From Macrostomum hystrix (taxonomy: Eukaryota > Animalia > Platyhelminthes), in NCBI GenBank assembly GCA_950097015.1, contig CATNEN010000003.1, positions 10,168,001-10,232,000 of the forward strand: 64,000 bases of DNA, given 5' to 3'. The notes below the pieces were generated by a model. It saw only the letters and a program-made list of their open reading frames with translations. It searched no databases and had not been told where the DNA came from. Below, piece by piece: positions 14,701 through 26,700 of this stretch (the first letter of the stretch is position 1; each line of letters opens with the position of its first letter). A program made the position numbers and the translations under genes.

Positions 14701-15398
14701 TTTTATCTGTGTGATTCTGATTCTAATTAGACTTCTTATCTGTGTGATTCTGATTCTAATTAGACTTCTTATCTGTGTGATTCTGATTCTAATTAGACTT
14801 CTTATCTGTGTGATTCTGATTCTAATTAGACTTCTCACCTGTGTGACTCTGATCAAAATTGGATTTCTATCCGTATGATTTTTAAACTAAAAATCAGGTA
14901 GGAGCCTACCTTCGTCAGAAATCATTTTATTTATAGTTAACATTTTACTAAGAAAAGTTACTAACAAAGCCTCACCTCCCATTCGGAACAGTAGCGGGTG
15001 ACAATGGCCCGGCACTGATCATTATAGGCCTTAATGCCCATCTTTTCAATATCCTGCGGTCCGGTGATGCCCAGAGATTTATCAATCTCATATTCGACTG
15101 GCAAGCCGTGGCAATCCCAGCCGAAGCGTCGCTCAACATGATGTCCAGTCTGGTGGGCCCACCTGGTCACAATGTCCTTGATAGTTCCAGCTAGGATGTG
15201 GCCATAATGTGGCAGGCCAGTAGCAAACGGTGGACCATCATAGAATGTGTATCGTTTTCGACCCTTGGACTGGGCTAAACTAGTTTTGAATGCGTCGATT
15301 TTGTCCCAGAAGGCCAGAACCCGCTCCTCCATCTCCGGGAAGCTGATGCTGGCATCCAAAGGAGCCCTATCAGCTGCTGACGTGGCTACTAGCGGCAT
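2776..15398 (-). CDS. IARS1: Cytoplasmic isoleucine--tRNA ligase; coding exons 15398-14976, 14609-13692, 12689-12564, 12081-11730, 10327-9709, 8039-7853, 6452-6239, 5930-5605, 3488-3222, 2919-2776
   Basis: HIGH-like motif ([14 protein letters not shown]), WTTTPWTLP and GTGVVHQAP editing-domain motifs, [29 protein letters not shown], and C-terminal [20 protein letters not shown] boundaries are phase-compatible; the last two exons are less certain. Confidence 0.96.
3005..3165. repeat. ~43-bp repeat in IARS1 intron 9
   Basis: gaaatcgggggttggttaggagggtgtgtacat.. x4. Confidence 0.8.
3640..5500. repeat. 19-bp minisatellite (IARS1 intron 8)
   Basis: tatcaacctacctctccct tandem array. Confidence 0.97.
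6041..6216. repeat. 35-bp minisatellite (IARS1 intron 7)
   Basis: cctactaaccaatgtgtttttatcccaaactctct x5. Confidence 0.92.
6558..7740. repeat. 25-bp minisatellite (IARS1 intron 6)
   Basis: tagaatcgataatcagtgatcccat tandem array. Confidence 0.96.
8137..9601. repeat. 38-bp minisatellite (IARS1 intron 5)
   Basis: cagaatcccaaaaggggatcaaagaccacatactgtct tandem array. Confidence 0.96.
10361..11708. repeat. 24-bp minisatellite with a local 48-bp higher-order alternation (IARS1 intron 4)
   Basis: gagcacagctatgggattatagat alternating with gagcacagatatgagaacatattt. Confidence 0.95.
12178..12560. repeat. 26-bp minisatellite (IARS1 intron 3)
   Basis: cagatcccatttctcccaccctcttt repeats. Confidence 0.88.
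12770..12965 (+). mobile_element. tRNA-derived SINE family A, 5'-truncated
   Basis: B-box gttcgattcc followed by a body shared with 27600-27785 and 32857-32970. Confidence 0.8.
13170..13350 (-). mobile_element. Degenerate SINE fragments (CORE-like family B plus a family A head)
   Basis: aacagctgggtgaactgaagcaatgc shared with 13530-13560; minus-strand gttcgaatccgcggcgaggccacatt head. Confidence 0.6.
13430..13660 (-). mobile_element. tRNA-derived CORE-like SINE (family B)
   Basis: Minus strand has A-box tagcctagtgg and B-box gttcgattcc, then gtcctttagcaagacacttaactctgcattgcttcagttcacccagctgttaaatgggtacc (resembles the CORE domain). Second copy at 38134-38345. Confidence 0.75.
14655..14852. 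repeat. 33-bp minisatellite (IARS1 intron 1)
   Basis: ctaattagacttcttatctgtgtgattctgatt x6. Confidence 0.9.
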
Positions 15399-15751
15399 TA
15401 GCAGTTGCAGATTCTGTTAATAAGCTAGCTGAAAGAATATAATAAACAGCAGGCTACAGAAATCATTAAGAAACTGCTTAGTTAGCTCTTTTTTATATAG
15501 CTGAGACTAAATGACGAAACTGGACAGAAATAATGATTTAACTAGCTAAGTAGAGTGCATAGCCCAACAGTACGAGCACTGTACGTGTAGTCTAAATTTA
15601 GAAACAGGCATGTCTTTCTTAGCTACTGGTGTAGCGACTGAACAATGTAAGAAACACCGACCAAAAAACTGACAAAGCCTTTATAGGGTGAGTCTGATAA
15701 AGGAACTTCAGTAAGAAATACAGAAAGTTGCTAGACTCAAGCAGGGTCTAT

Positions 15752-16110
15752 GAGAATTTCCCGCCGAGCTTTTCCCGCACGAGATTTTCCCGCACAGACT
15801 TTTTTCCCGCAGAAAGATTTTCGCGCAAGAAATTTCTCGCGATGGCCTGTTTACCTTCCTACCTGTCTGTCCGTCTGTCTGTCTGTCTGCCTACCTGGCT
15901 GGCTGGCTACCTGTGTCGACAGACAGACAGGTAGGGGAAAATTCTGAGCGGGGGAAAATTCGTGCGGGAAAATCTCGGCGCGGAAATTTCCTGGGGGAAA
16001 CTCTCGCTGCGGGAGAATCTCGTGCGGGAAAACCTCGCTGTGGGAAATTTTCGTTGGGAAAAACTCGTGCGGGAAAAGCTCGGCGGGAAAAACTCCTGCG
16101 GGAAATTCTC
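15752..16110. mobile_element. Foldback/MITE-like element with inverted arrays of (t)ttcccgc / gcgggaaa
   Basis: Termini gagaatttcccgc ... gcgggaaattctc; facing short subterminal repeats; central (tgtc)n. Confidence 0.6.
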
Positions 16111-16769
16111 GTGCTCCCCTTAAGCAAGCGCTATTATGAGAGTCTCAGGGTTTTAATTGGTCTTATTTGACCTAAAGATTTTTAGGTTCCTTATTGGTTC
16201 AGTGACCCAACTGTAAAATGGTTATAAGGGTGTGTGGCGTCCGTCACATGGCCTAGTGCAGCCTTTGGTGAAAGCACACTTATTAGGTAAAATAATATAC
16301 TTTTAATGGATTACATTACACTAATTAAATTGAAAGAAAGCGGTAACCAATTAATAAAATAACAAATTTAACGTTTTACTTTTAACCACTGAACACGACG
16401 GGTTAAGCTGCAAACATTTAGTCTAGATACGAAACACTTGTTTCACTTTTAGGCATTTTTTTCATCCTGAAAATGCATGCATGCGAGGCTACTTATAAAA
16501 GAGTAGAAAGTTGCATTGAATATGCTGCAAGAAAAAATACTTTACCACAACAAACTTATAAAAGTAGCTCACATGTTCATAATTGTAGTTGATAAGCAAA
16601 ATATAGCAAAAACTTAATGCCACTAAGAGAAGATAAGCTAAATATTGATTACAAGCACAATAAACGACACGACTTAAAGACTAAAGAGAAACACTTGGCT
16701 TTTAAAACTGCATTTCTGTGATCCTAGATCTGATGTTGCTAAATCGTTTGATGTTAAAAAGCTCTTCAA

Positions 16770-18356
16770 CTAGTCCTGGCACTTGAACGGCTTCTCACCG
16801 CTGTGGATTCGACAATGATCAGTGAGTTTATCGGACCTTGCAAAGCACTTGCCACACTCTTGGCACTTGAATGGCTTCTCACCGCTGTGGATTCGACAAT
16901 GAACAGTGAGATCACGGGACCTTGCAAAGCATTTGCCACACTCTTGGCACTTGAATGGCTTCTCACCGCTGTGGATTCGACAATGAACAGTGAGATCACG
17001 GGACCTTACAAAGTACTTGCCACACTCTTGGCACTTAAATGGCTTCTCACCGCTGTGGATTCGACAATGAACAGTGAGATCATGGGACCTTGCAAAGCAC
17101 TTGCCACACTCTTGGCACTTGAATGGCTTCTCACCGCTGTGGATTCGACAATGAACAGTGAGATCATGGGACCTTACAAAGTACTTGCCACACTCTTGGC
17201 ACTTGAATGGCTTCTCACCGCTGTGGATTCGACAATGAACAGTGAGATCATGGGACCTTACAAAGCACTTGCCACACTCTTGGCACTTGAATGGCTTCTC
17301 ACCGCTGTGGATTCGACAATGTTTAGTGAGTGTATCGGACCTTGCAAAGCACTTGCCACACTCTTGGCACTTGAATGGCTTCTCACCGCTGTGGATTCGA
17401 CAATGAACAGTGAGATCACGGGACCATGCAAAGCACTTGCCACACTCTTGGCACTTGAATGGCTTCTCACCGCTGTGGATTCGACAATGATCAGTGAGTT
17501 TATCGGACCTTGCAAAGCACTTGCCACACTCTTGGCACTTGAATGGCTTCTCACCGCTGTGGATTCGACAATGAACAGTGAGATCACGGGACCTTACAAA
17601 GTACTTGCCACACTCTTGGCACTTGAATGGCTTCTCACCGCTGTGGATTCGACAATGATCAGTGAGTTTATCGGACCTTGCAAAGCACTTGCCACACTCT
17701 TGGCACTTAAATGGCTTCTCACCGCTGTGGATTCGACAATGAACAGTGAGATCACGGGACCTTGCAAAGCACTTGCCACACTCTTGGCACTTGAATGGCT
17801 TCTCACCGCTGTGGATTCGACAATGAACAGTGAGATCACGGGACCTTGCAAAGCACTTGCCACACTCTTGGCACTTGAATGGCTTCTCACCGCTGTGGAT
17901 TCGACAATGAACAGTGCGATCACGGGACCTTACAAAGTACTTGCCACACTCTTGGCACTTGAATGGCTTCTCACCGCTGTGGATTCGACAATGATCAGTG
18001 AGTTTATCGGACCTTGCAAAGCACTTGCCACACTCTTGGCACTTGAATGGCTTCTCACCGCTGTGGATTCGACAATGAACAGTGAGATCATGGGACCTTA
18101 CAAAGCACTTGCCACACTCTTGGCACCTAAATGGCTTCTCTCTGAAGTGGACACGGCAGTGCACCTTTAGCAGACTTAGCCAAACGAAACTCTTGCCACA
18201 GTCCTTGCATTGATACCGCTTCCCACAAAGCGCTTTAGTCTGTTGACCTCGAGAGTGGCTCTGGCAGTGACGCCAGTACGCTGCGACCCTGAACACTGAG
18301 AACCTGCGAGGGCACATCGGACACGGCATGACAGTGACACTGAGCTGCCGCCTCAT
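16770..18356 (-). CDS. Tandem C2H2 zinc-finger protein (2 divergent N-terminal fingers plus 16 near-identical 84-bp fingers)
   Basis: Repeated [28 protein letters not shown]; first ATG at 18356; probable short 5'-UTR intron (gtatgt...ttccag) just upstream. Confidence 0.9.
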   Translation of the reverse strand: MRRQLSVTVMPCPMCPRRFSVFRVAAYWRHCQSHSRGQQTKALCGKRYQCKDCGKSFVWLSLLKVHCRVHFREKPFRCQECGKCFVRSHDLTVHCRIHSGEKPFKCQECGKCFARSDKLTDHCRIHSGEKPFKCQECGKYFVRSRDRTVHCRIHSGEKPFKCQECGKCFARSRDLTVHCRIHSGEKPFKCQECGKCFARSRDLTVHCRIHSGEKPFKCQECGKCFARSDKLTDHCRIHSGEKPFKCQECGKYFVRSRDLTVHCRIHSGEKPFKCQECGKCFARSDKLTDHCRIHSGEKPFKCQECGKCFAWSRDLTVHCRIHSGEKPFKCQECGKCFARSDTLTKHCRIHSGEKPFKCQECGKCFVRSHDLTVHCRIHSGEKPFKCQECGKYFVRSHDLTVHCRIHSGEKPFKCQECGKCFARSHDLTVHCRIHSGEKPFKCQECGKYFVRSRDLTVHCRIHSGEKPFKCQECGKCFARSRDLTVHCRIHSGEKPFKCQECGKCFARSDKLTDHCRIHSGEKPFKCQD

Positions 18357-18835
18357 AGCGGATTGGCTGGAAGGAACGCATACAAAAAGGCTGTTCAATA
18401 CATACCAAGCGAAGCAAGTCTGAGGACGTTAAAGGCCTCCGAAACGAGCTAGTGAGAGAGGCTCAACAATATCAAGCGCTAAAGTAGCCACGAGTTGCAA
18501 GCGATCATTATTTAAGGCTAAGACATACTCGTACTACACAAGCGCATTATTCTATGGCCTAAACGAGTCCGGAATCATATCTCTCGTGTGCTTATATTAA
18601 ACACCAAAATTTCGTCTATGGTCAATCTTTGAAAATAACAATGAGCGGTACGCAATAATCGTGACGCAATGATTAGGCCTAAGTGAAAAATGGCCATAGA
18701 CTTTGCCAGGTAATTTATTCCGAGTAGATAATAGCCAATAATCGCCGGGTAAAACGCCTCCTCCAATAAGAATGGCGTACGTAAAGAGACAGCAAAAATA
18801 TCTATGGCACAATAACAGTAATACCCATGCATTAA

Positions 18836-19575
18836 CAGTAGAACTACCAAGGGTGGGGGGGAATTTCCCCCTGACAATTTTTTGCTGCACCCGAACGGAA
18901 CAATTCAAGCACACGAAACTCAGCAACACGGGCCAACTTTTTGTTGCGCATCTTCTGAAGCAAGAAACAAGTCGCCAGCTCTTCCGACCGTCGAGATATT
19001 CAATGTTTCTGGCCGAAGGTCCGATTTTTCCCATTAGAACTAGTGTATTTCATACACCCCTATACACGAATTTGCACTGCGCCTCAGTGCGGCCTTGCCA
19101 GGCCTTCAAACTTTATCAGCATGCCACCCGAATGTGCTTGCATCATCTCCGACTTCGGCGGTCACTGACCTTTATCTAGACGGAGCTGCTGGACCTTCAA
19201 CAAGTGGCACCAGCCGACTATGGAGTCCCTAAAGCGAATTTCTCTACTTTCGCTGATGAAGCCTCGACATTGGGCAACACTCAACTATGGACTAGAGAAG
19301 CATGTAAAGTAGTTGAGTGTTGCCCAATGTCGAAGGTGAAGGTCCAGCAGCTCCGTCTAGATAAAGGTCGGTGACCGCCGAAGTCGGAGATGATGCAAGC
19401 ACATTCGGGTGACATGCTGATAAAGTTTGAAGATGCGCAACAAAAAGTTGGCCCGTGTTGTTGAGTTTCGTGTGCTTGAATTTTTCCGTTTGGGTGCAGC
19501 AAAAAAATTGTCAGGGGGGAATTCCTCCCCCCTTGGTATAAAAACGGGCGGCAAAATGGCTTGGTAGTCCTACTG
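18836..19575. mobile_element. Palindromic foldback non-autonomous DNA element flanked by TTAA
   Basis: ttaa|cagtagaactaccaag ... cttggtagtcctactg|ttaa; arms 18860-18956 vs 19429-19530, 19104-19199 vs 19337-19432, 19264-19287 vs 19310-19333. Confidence 0.8.
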
Positions 19576-20673
19576 TTAATTCAATGGTGTATTTTTGCCA
19601 ACAGACACCCCCGACTAAAATAGTTTAAAATCTCAACAATGTTATTCTGTGATTTTGGAAGTTGTTTCATCGGATAGAGCGTAAAATTTTAACCCGGATT
19701 TTAATGGCGATTGGTTGAATATGTGGTCTTTCTACTGTTAAATATATGGCTGCAGTTTTGTTTCTCTCCACTCTACTTGTCTCTACAATTTTTTAATGAC
19801 AAATGATTGATATTTCACGATAGTAATTATAACTGAAACCAATCTAATTAGTTGAGAAGTTTATTTTGTCCATTTAACAAAAACAGAAATCAGAATGAAC
19901 ACAAAGTTTGATATGATTTATGAATAAGTGAGCAAAAACATGATGAAAACAGACAAGCTTTTAAGCATCATCGGTAATAAAAAGTTATGACCCTTTGAAC
20001 TACCTTCGGCTTTAGGTCGATCTTAAAGGAAATTTAGCTATGAATAGCAGGCATCATAATGTTCCTTGTTTAAACAACAATACTTGTATTGAGCAAATAC
20101 ACGATTCATAGAATCACTTTAAAAGAAAACTTCTAGATTAACAAAAAATTATGATAAAATTGAATCTACTGTGTGAACGCGACAAACGACACGTGCCTAT
20201 ATCTATGTACAAATAACACATCTTTGTTAACATTGCTTGACAAAATCAAGCAACACACCAATCAAATAATCGAACTCAGTGTTCAGTGTTTTTAGGGTCA
20301 GTTTTTTGCAACATTACTAATAGAACGAATAGGACGGAAGACATTAAGCTAGTACATGTTATACATAATTAAAATAGCTGCACTTTAAAGTTTTTGTGTC
20401 ATAATCTGTTTGCAATGGTGCCTTTAGAAAACTAGCTATATTCTAATGGTAAAAGCAAATAAGCATTCCCTGATAGCGAGAAAAATATCATCAATAAATC
20501 AACAATATCCTAATTAAAACAGTAAGCAAACAATTGTGGAGACAATGAATAACAAAGTCACAAGGCTAAAACTAAATTTTATAGTCTAAGGCACAATTTT
20601 ATAATTGAATGAACCGGAGTTGAAATAACTATGGAATCAAATATGAGTCGGCTGATCAGCGAGCACAATTTGG

Positions 20674-22198
20674 TTAGTTCTGGCTGCTCAGGAATCTATG
20701 CTGCTGCTGCTGCTGCTGCTGTTGCTGTTGCTGATAGTGAATAATGCGCTGATGGTGAGACAGGGTTGGCGGTGGGTAGACAGGCGGCATCTGATGATGA
20801 CGCAACTGCTGCTGCTGCTGCTGCTGGACAATCCCTTGGCCTAAAGCTGGCGCATTTGGCACAGTTCTAGTTGGCGTGTCAAAAGTCGCCCTATCGGAGC
20901 GGACTCGATCCAGCATGCCCAGCAGTTTTTTAATAGCACCCTGGGTGAATTGCTCAGCCTCCAAATTGTCGCGCGTCAAATTCAGCAGCTGATCGAAGCT
21001 GTACTTGCGTAGGCGATCAAAGTATTTGTGCATTCGGTGAGTCTTTAGCCACACTAGCAGCTTCCACTGATAATCTGGCTGCCTGCTTGTGGTTTGAAAA
21101 ATAATTTTGAAAATGAAACTTAATTAGCAAAATAATTGACAGACATTGTGTGAAACTATTTGTTTAAACACTCACCCAAATGAAACAGCTCGCGCACGAT
21201 TGATATCGAATGGATTTGCGTTGCTTCCTCCGGTGCCGCCGCCACCGCTGCAGCTGCTGCTACAGCTGCCGTTGCGACTGTTGCCACCGGTGCCATTGCT
21301 TAGCGCACTGACACTCAGGGCTTGAAAATGAAGAGCTAGACCTGCAATGCAATCGTTATTGATGAGTATTTAACACTGTTATTTTGCATAACTAGCAGTC
21401 AAATGTTTTAAACAAAGCGAGTCCTTAGGTGATGACTAATTGAATGAATTGAGTTTTCAAGTCTTAAACAAATCGTGTAATCTGAATCGGGCTAAGCTTA
21501 TTCAGCATTTACAAATACGCTCTCACGCCTGGCTCTCACAGCTTCCACGGGTAAATCAACACCGAGCTAAGCCTGTGAGGAGGCTGGGGCTTGAGAAATG
21601 GAAAACTATGCAAGGAAGTAGATGTGAGACGGTTCGTCTATTCACTCCAGAGGCCTCGACAACTAAACCTGAAACCCAAAGTACTGACACTGCTTTCTCT
21701 ACTCTTCTTGTTGCTGGGAGCGGCCAATGTGTGTAAAAATAGAGTCTAAAAACTACAAAAGTAAACAGAGCCATGCAGAGCGCACACTTCTAGTTGACTC
21801 ACTCGCTAGCACACAAACTGTCACAGGGGCGAGATGCTGAGAGAAAATCTTTGCGCGTGAAAGTTTAACAAGATAACATTGTAAAATCAATCGAGGACTG
21901 CATTGAAACACTAACCAGCCAGCTGTTGCTGCTGCTGGAAAAACATCAACAGCTGCTGCTGTTGCTGCTGATGCTGAGGTGGCGATCTAGGCGCCTGCCT
22001 CTGCTGCTGATGCTGCTGCTGCTGCTGCTGTTGCTGCTGCTGGGGTATGATCAGAGGGAAAGCAAAATAGGGATGCGGAGGCGGCGGCGGCGGCGGAGGG
22101 GGAGGCGGCGGCGGAGTAGCTTGGTTCAGAGGCGAATGTAAGGCCGAATAATGATAAAGCAGGTGAGGACCAACTGGGTGATAGTATTGGACTTGCAT
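20674..22198 (-). CDS. Smaug/Vts1-like SAM-domain RNA-binding protein with poly-Q/P tracts; exons 22198-21916, 21341-21176, 21082-20674
   Basis: WLKTHRMHKY...FDQLLNLTRDNLEAEQFTQGAIKKL resembles the Smaug SAM (WLKSLRLHKY...TKGARxK); splice phases 1 and 2 are compatible. Confidence 0.8.
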
Positions 22199-23245
22199 GG
22201 CGAAATCAATGCGCTAGATAACAAACGACCAGTTAAGTCGATTGATATAAGATAAAGAATCTAAACTAGAGTCCTAGAATCAGGTGTAGAGCAAACTCTT
22301 AGTTGCAGGTCGTATTTTTATTATTACAAAGTTGAGAGAGAAAAAGAGAGAGAAACAACTTAGCAGAAGATCCAGGCGTGGGCGCGAGTCGCGCAGATTT
22401 ATGCGCAGGAATGTCTGCTTGGCGAACACGAGGCAAGGGTGGAGGGGTTGAGTGAGAAACGAGACCGAGAGCTTGATTATTGGTTGCCACGGCAGGGCTT
22501 GCTGAGGTCAGGCTGACTCAGTTCTGCAAGCCTTCTTTCTATTCTATTGCCATTTCTAATTATTCCATTGAAGACTTTTCTATTTTCTATCTGGATTCTC
22601 TCTCACACTCATTCACGAGGCAAGCGGGCAGCGCATGGTGATTATTTTCATTCAGAAAGAGAAACAGACCCGCCCTATCGTCTCTAAGCCCTAGCTTCTA
22701 CTCGTAATGTCCAAGCCTTTCATAGCACAAAAAGCACGGCTTCTGTCCGCCATTTGTGTGTTGCATGAATGAGATTTCTCTTTTCATCCATCGCAGTTTA
22801 TGGATTGCGAATAATGTTAGTATTATGTCACCTTCTCGGCTAGTGTTGAAAAAAATCGGCTTTGAAGGGCCATTTGAACAGCCAGGGTTCTTCTATTGTC
22901 GCATGCAGAAGATGAATGAATGAAAGAAAATTAAAGAGAAATCTAAAACCAGAGAGGGCCTCGACGACTAACTCTTAATTCATTCATGCAACCACGAAAC
23001 TGAAATAAGTCAGAGACAATCTTTAATATGCCAAATAGACAGGCAGGCAACGTATGCGATTAGCTTACATTGGCGATATAAATTTATTGAAAAAAGCAAA
23101 TGGCATAACAAATGTTGTTAATTGACTATTCTAGACGGCTATAGGATTGTGTGAATTACAGATAATGTGTCTCATTTGATGCGTTCAAACAACCTGATGT
23201 ATTGGTTGACAGTGGTCAGCAACTGCTCCTATGTCGTCTCTGTTG

Positions 23246-23860
23246 CCTCATCACCCCATGTCTAATCTCTCCTTTCTTATCTCTCTCCTGCCTCATCACC
23301 CCATGTCTAATCTCTCCTTTCTTATCTCTCTCCTGCCTCATCACCCCATGTCTAATCTCTCCTTTCTTATCTCTCTCCTGCCTCATCACCCCATGTCTAA
23401 TCTCTCCTTTCTTATCTCTCTCCTGCCTCATCACCCCATGTCTAATCTCTCCTTTCTTATCTCTCTCCTGCCTCATCACCCCATGTCTAATCTCTCCTTT
23501 CTTATCTCTCTCCTGCCTCATCACCCCATGTCTAATCTCTCCTTTCTTATCTCTCTCCTGCCTCATCACCCCATGTCTAATCTCTCCTTTCTTATCTCTC
23601 TCCTGCCTCATCACCCCATGTCTAATCTCTCCTTTCTTATCTCTCTCCTGCCTCATCACCCCATGTCTAATCTCTCCTTTCTTATCTCTCTCCTGCCTCA
23701 TCACCCCATGTCTAATCTCTCCTTTCTTATCTCTCTCCTGCCTCATCACCCCATGTCTCTCCTTTCTTATCTCTCTCCTGCCTCATCACCCCATGTCTAA
23801 TCTCTCCTTTCTTATCTCTCTCCTGCCTCATCACCCCTGTCTCATCTCTCTCCTGTCTTA
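23246..23860. repeat. 45-bp minisatellite
   Basis: cctcatcaccccatgtctaatctctcctttcttatctctctcctg near-perfect array. Confidence 0.95.
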
Positions 23861-25309
23861 TCTCTCTCCTGCCACATCACCCGTCTCATCTCTCCCCTAT
23901 GTCGTCTCTTATCTGTCTGCTGTGTCGTCTCTACCCTGTCTCAACCCCCTCACTTTGTCTCACTTGTCTTATTTCATGTCTCATCTATTCTCTTATCCCC
24001 CTGTCTAATCTCACGAATGTATTATATTTTCACTGGTATAATCTCTCCAATGTATTTTCTTCTCTTTTGCCTGATCACCCGTGTTATCTCTCTAACGTCT
24101 TGTCTCGATAATGTCTCGTTTCTCGCTAAGTCTCATCTTTCCACTTTATCCTTTCTCCATCTCTGCCTTTCTCTTCACAGCCAATGAGACCGCTTGCTGA
24201 CCCCATTATGGATGAAAATATTCACAATTACAATTAACGTTATAAATCTATTAACATCAAGTGTTATAAAACTTAGCTTATTTTAATTTCTGCCTAAGGT
24301 TTATTGTTCCATTCTACAAAAAGTCTTTAAGTTCAGCCTTAGTTCGCGAGTTCTAGCGCCTGGCGAAATGGAAGACTAAAGAAGTTTAAAAAATAACCTC
24401 ACTAGCAAAAGCGAAAAATATTGAAATAGAATGGTAACACAACCTGACTTGATGACAGGTTGCACGCAACGCAGCACTGAAGCTTTTATCATTTTTTATC
24501 TTTGTGAGGGACTATGATAGAGTGAGAAAGAGAGGAATTGAGCAACTTTTTAGCAGCGCATTGTAATTGGTAGCATAATAGCTTTGAATACAGAGAAATT
24601 TACTAGAATGAATGAAATAGAATTAAAAGCCAGGAAATTGCTAGGACAATGAAAAAAATGAAATAAAGAGCAAAACTGAGGTTTACTTCGTCGAGAGGTC
24701 AGCAATATTGTGCAGCAACAGCAGCAGCAGCAGCAGCAGCTAGGCATAACTAATGTGGACAGGCATTCGCACACACCAGGTGCACAAAAGCGGTCAAATA
24801 TAGATTGGAATGCTGTGCTCACAGACAAGAAACTGGGTGCGTCAGTTGGTAGTGAAAAATTAGATTGCAAACGGAATCTAAGCATGCGCATTGATGAGCG
24901 GCAGCATTGGGCTAGTTAGCAAACTAGGCTAAAGCTAGCGGGGCTATTTGCTAGGGAATAATATTTACACTATGCTCCGCATCGAATATATATATATTAT
25001 ATGTTGAATATGTTTGCCATTAAGTTTTGTCTAACATTTACGAGCGTATAAAAATGTTAGCCTTGAAAAGGCTAGAAGAATCTATACGTTAAATTTAGAG
25101 GATCTATTTGCATATCTGAGATATAAAGTGCAACTAGTGACACAAGGTTCACAACGACCATGTCATTCCCTTGTTAGCAGGAAAATTATTTTTAACAACT
25201 ATTTTTAATGATTCTCAACTACTTTACTTAAGCCGTTTGTTTAGGTGTATTTGTTGCGAATATGAAATTCGGATTATCTGGGTCTCGTGGAATTCAAATT
25301 TCGGTGCAT

Positions 25310-26700
25310 AGAGATTTTGGTGAATAGGGATTTCGGTGAATAGGGATTTCAGTGAATAGGGATTTCAGTGAATAGGGATTTCAGTGAATAGGGATTTCAG
25401 TGAATAGGGATTTAGGTGAATAGGGATTTCAGTGAATAGGGATTTCGGTGGATAGGGATTTCGTGGAAAAGGGATTTCAGTGAATAGGGATTTCGGCTGA
25501 TAGGGATTTCGGTGAATAGGGATTTCAGTGAATAGGGATTTCAGTGAATTGGGATTTCAGTGAATAGGGATTTCGGTGGATAGGGATTTCGGGGAAAAGG
25601 GATTTCAGTGAATAGGGATTTCGGTGGATAGGGATTTCGGTGAATAGGGATTTCAGTGAATAGGGATTTCAGTGAATAGGGATTTCAGTGAATAGGGATT
25701 TCATTGAATAGGGATTTTGGTGGATAGGGATTTCGGGGAATAGGGATTTCAGTAAATAAGGATTTCGGTGGATAGGGATTTCAGTAAATAGGGATTTCAG
25801 TGAATAGGGATTTCGGTGGATAGGGATTTCGGGGAAAGGGGTTTCGGTGAATATGGATTTCAGTGAATAGGGATTTCAGTGAATAGGGATTTCGGTGGAT
25901 AGGGATTTCGGGGAATAGGGATTTCGGTGAATATGGATTTCAGTGAATAGGGATTTCAGTGAAAGGGATTTCGGTGGATAGGGATTTCAGTGAATAGGGA
26001 TTTCAGTGAAAGGGATTTCGGTGGATAGGGATTTCAGTGAATAGGGATTTCAGTGAAAGGGATTTCGGTGAATAGGGATTTCATTGAATAGGGATTTCAG
26101 TGAAAAGGGATTTTGGTGAATAGGGATTTCGGTGAATAGGGATTTCAGTGAATAAGGATTTCAGTGAATAGGGATTTCGGTGGATAGGGATTTTAGTGAA
26201 TATGGATTTCAGTGAAAGGGATTTCGGTGGATAGGGATTTCAGTGAATAGGGATTTCAGTGAAAGGGATTTCGGTGGATAGGGATTTCAGTGAATAGGGA
26301 TTTCAGTGAAAGGGATTTCGGTGAATAGGGATTTCATTGAATAGGGATTTCAGTGAAAAGGGATTTTGGTGAATAGGGATTTCGGTGAATAGGGATTTCA
26401 GTGAATAAGGATTTCAGTGAATAGGGATTTCGGTGGATAGGGATTTCGGTGGATAGGGATTTTAGTGAATATGGATTTCAGTAAATAAGGATTTCGGTGG
26501 ATAGGGATTTTGGTGGATAGGGATTTTGGTGGACAGGGATTTGGGTGGATAGGGATTTCAGTGAATAGGGATTTCAGTGAAAAGGGATTTTGGTGAATAG
26601 GGATTTCGGTGAATAGGGATTTGAGTGAATAAGGATTTTAGTGAATAGGGATTTCGGTGGATAGGGATTTTTGTGAATAGGGATTTTGGTGAATAAGGAG
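25310..26700. repeat. 16-bp minisatellite
   Basis: gtgaatagggatttca/cg array. Confidence 0.95.

Noticed and set aside
16803-18170. 455-aa antisense ORF
   Set aside because: Shadow of the 84-bp zinc-finger repeat
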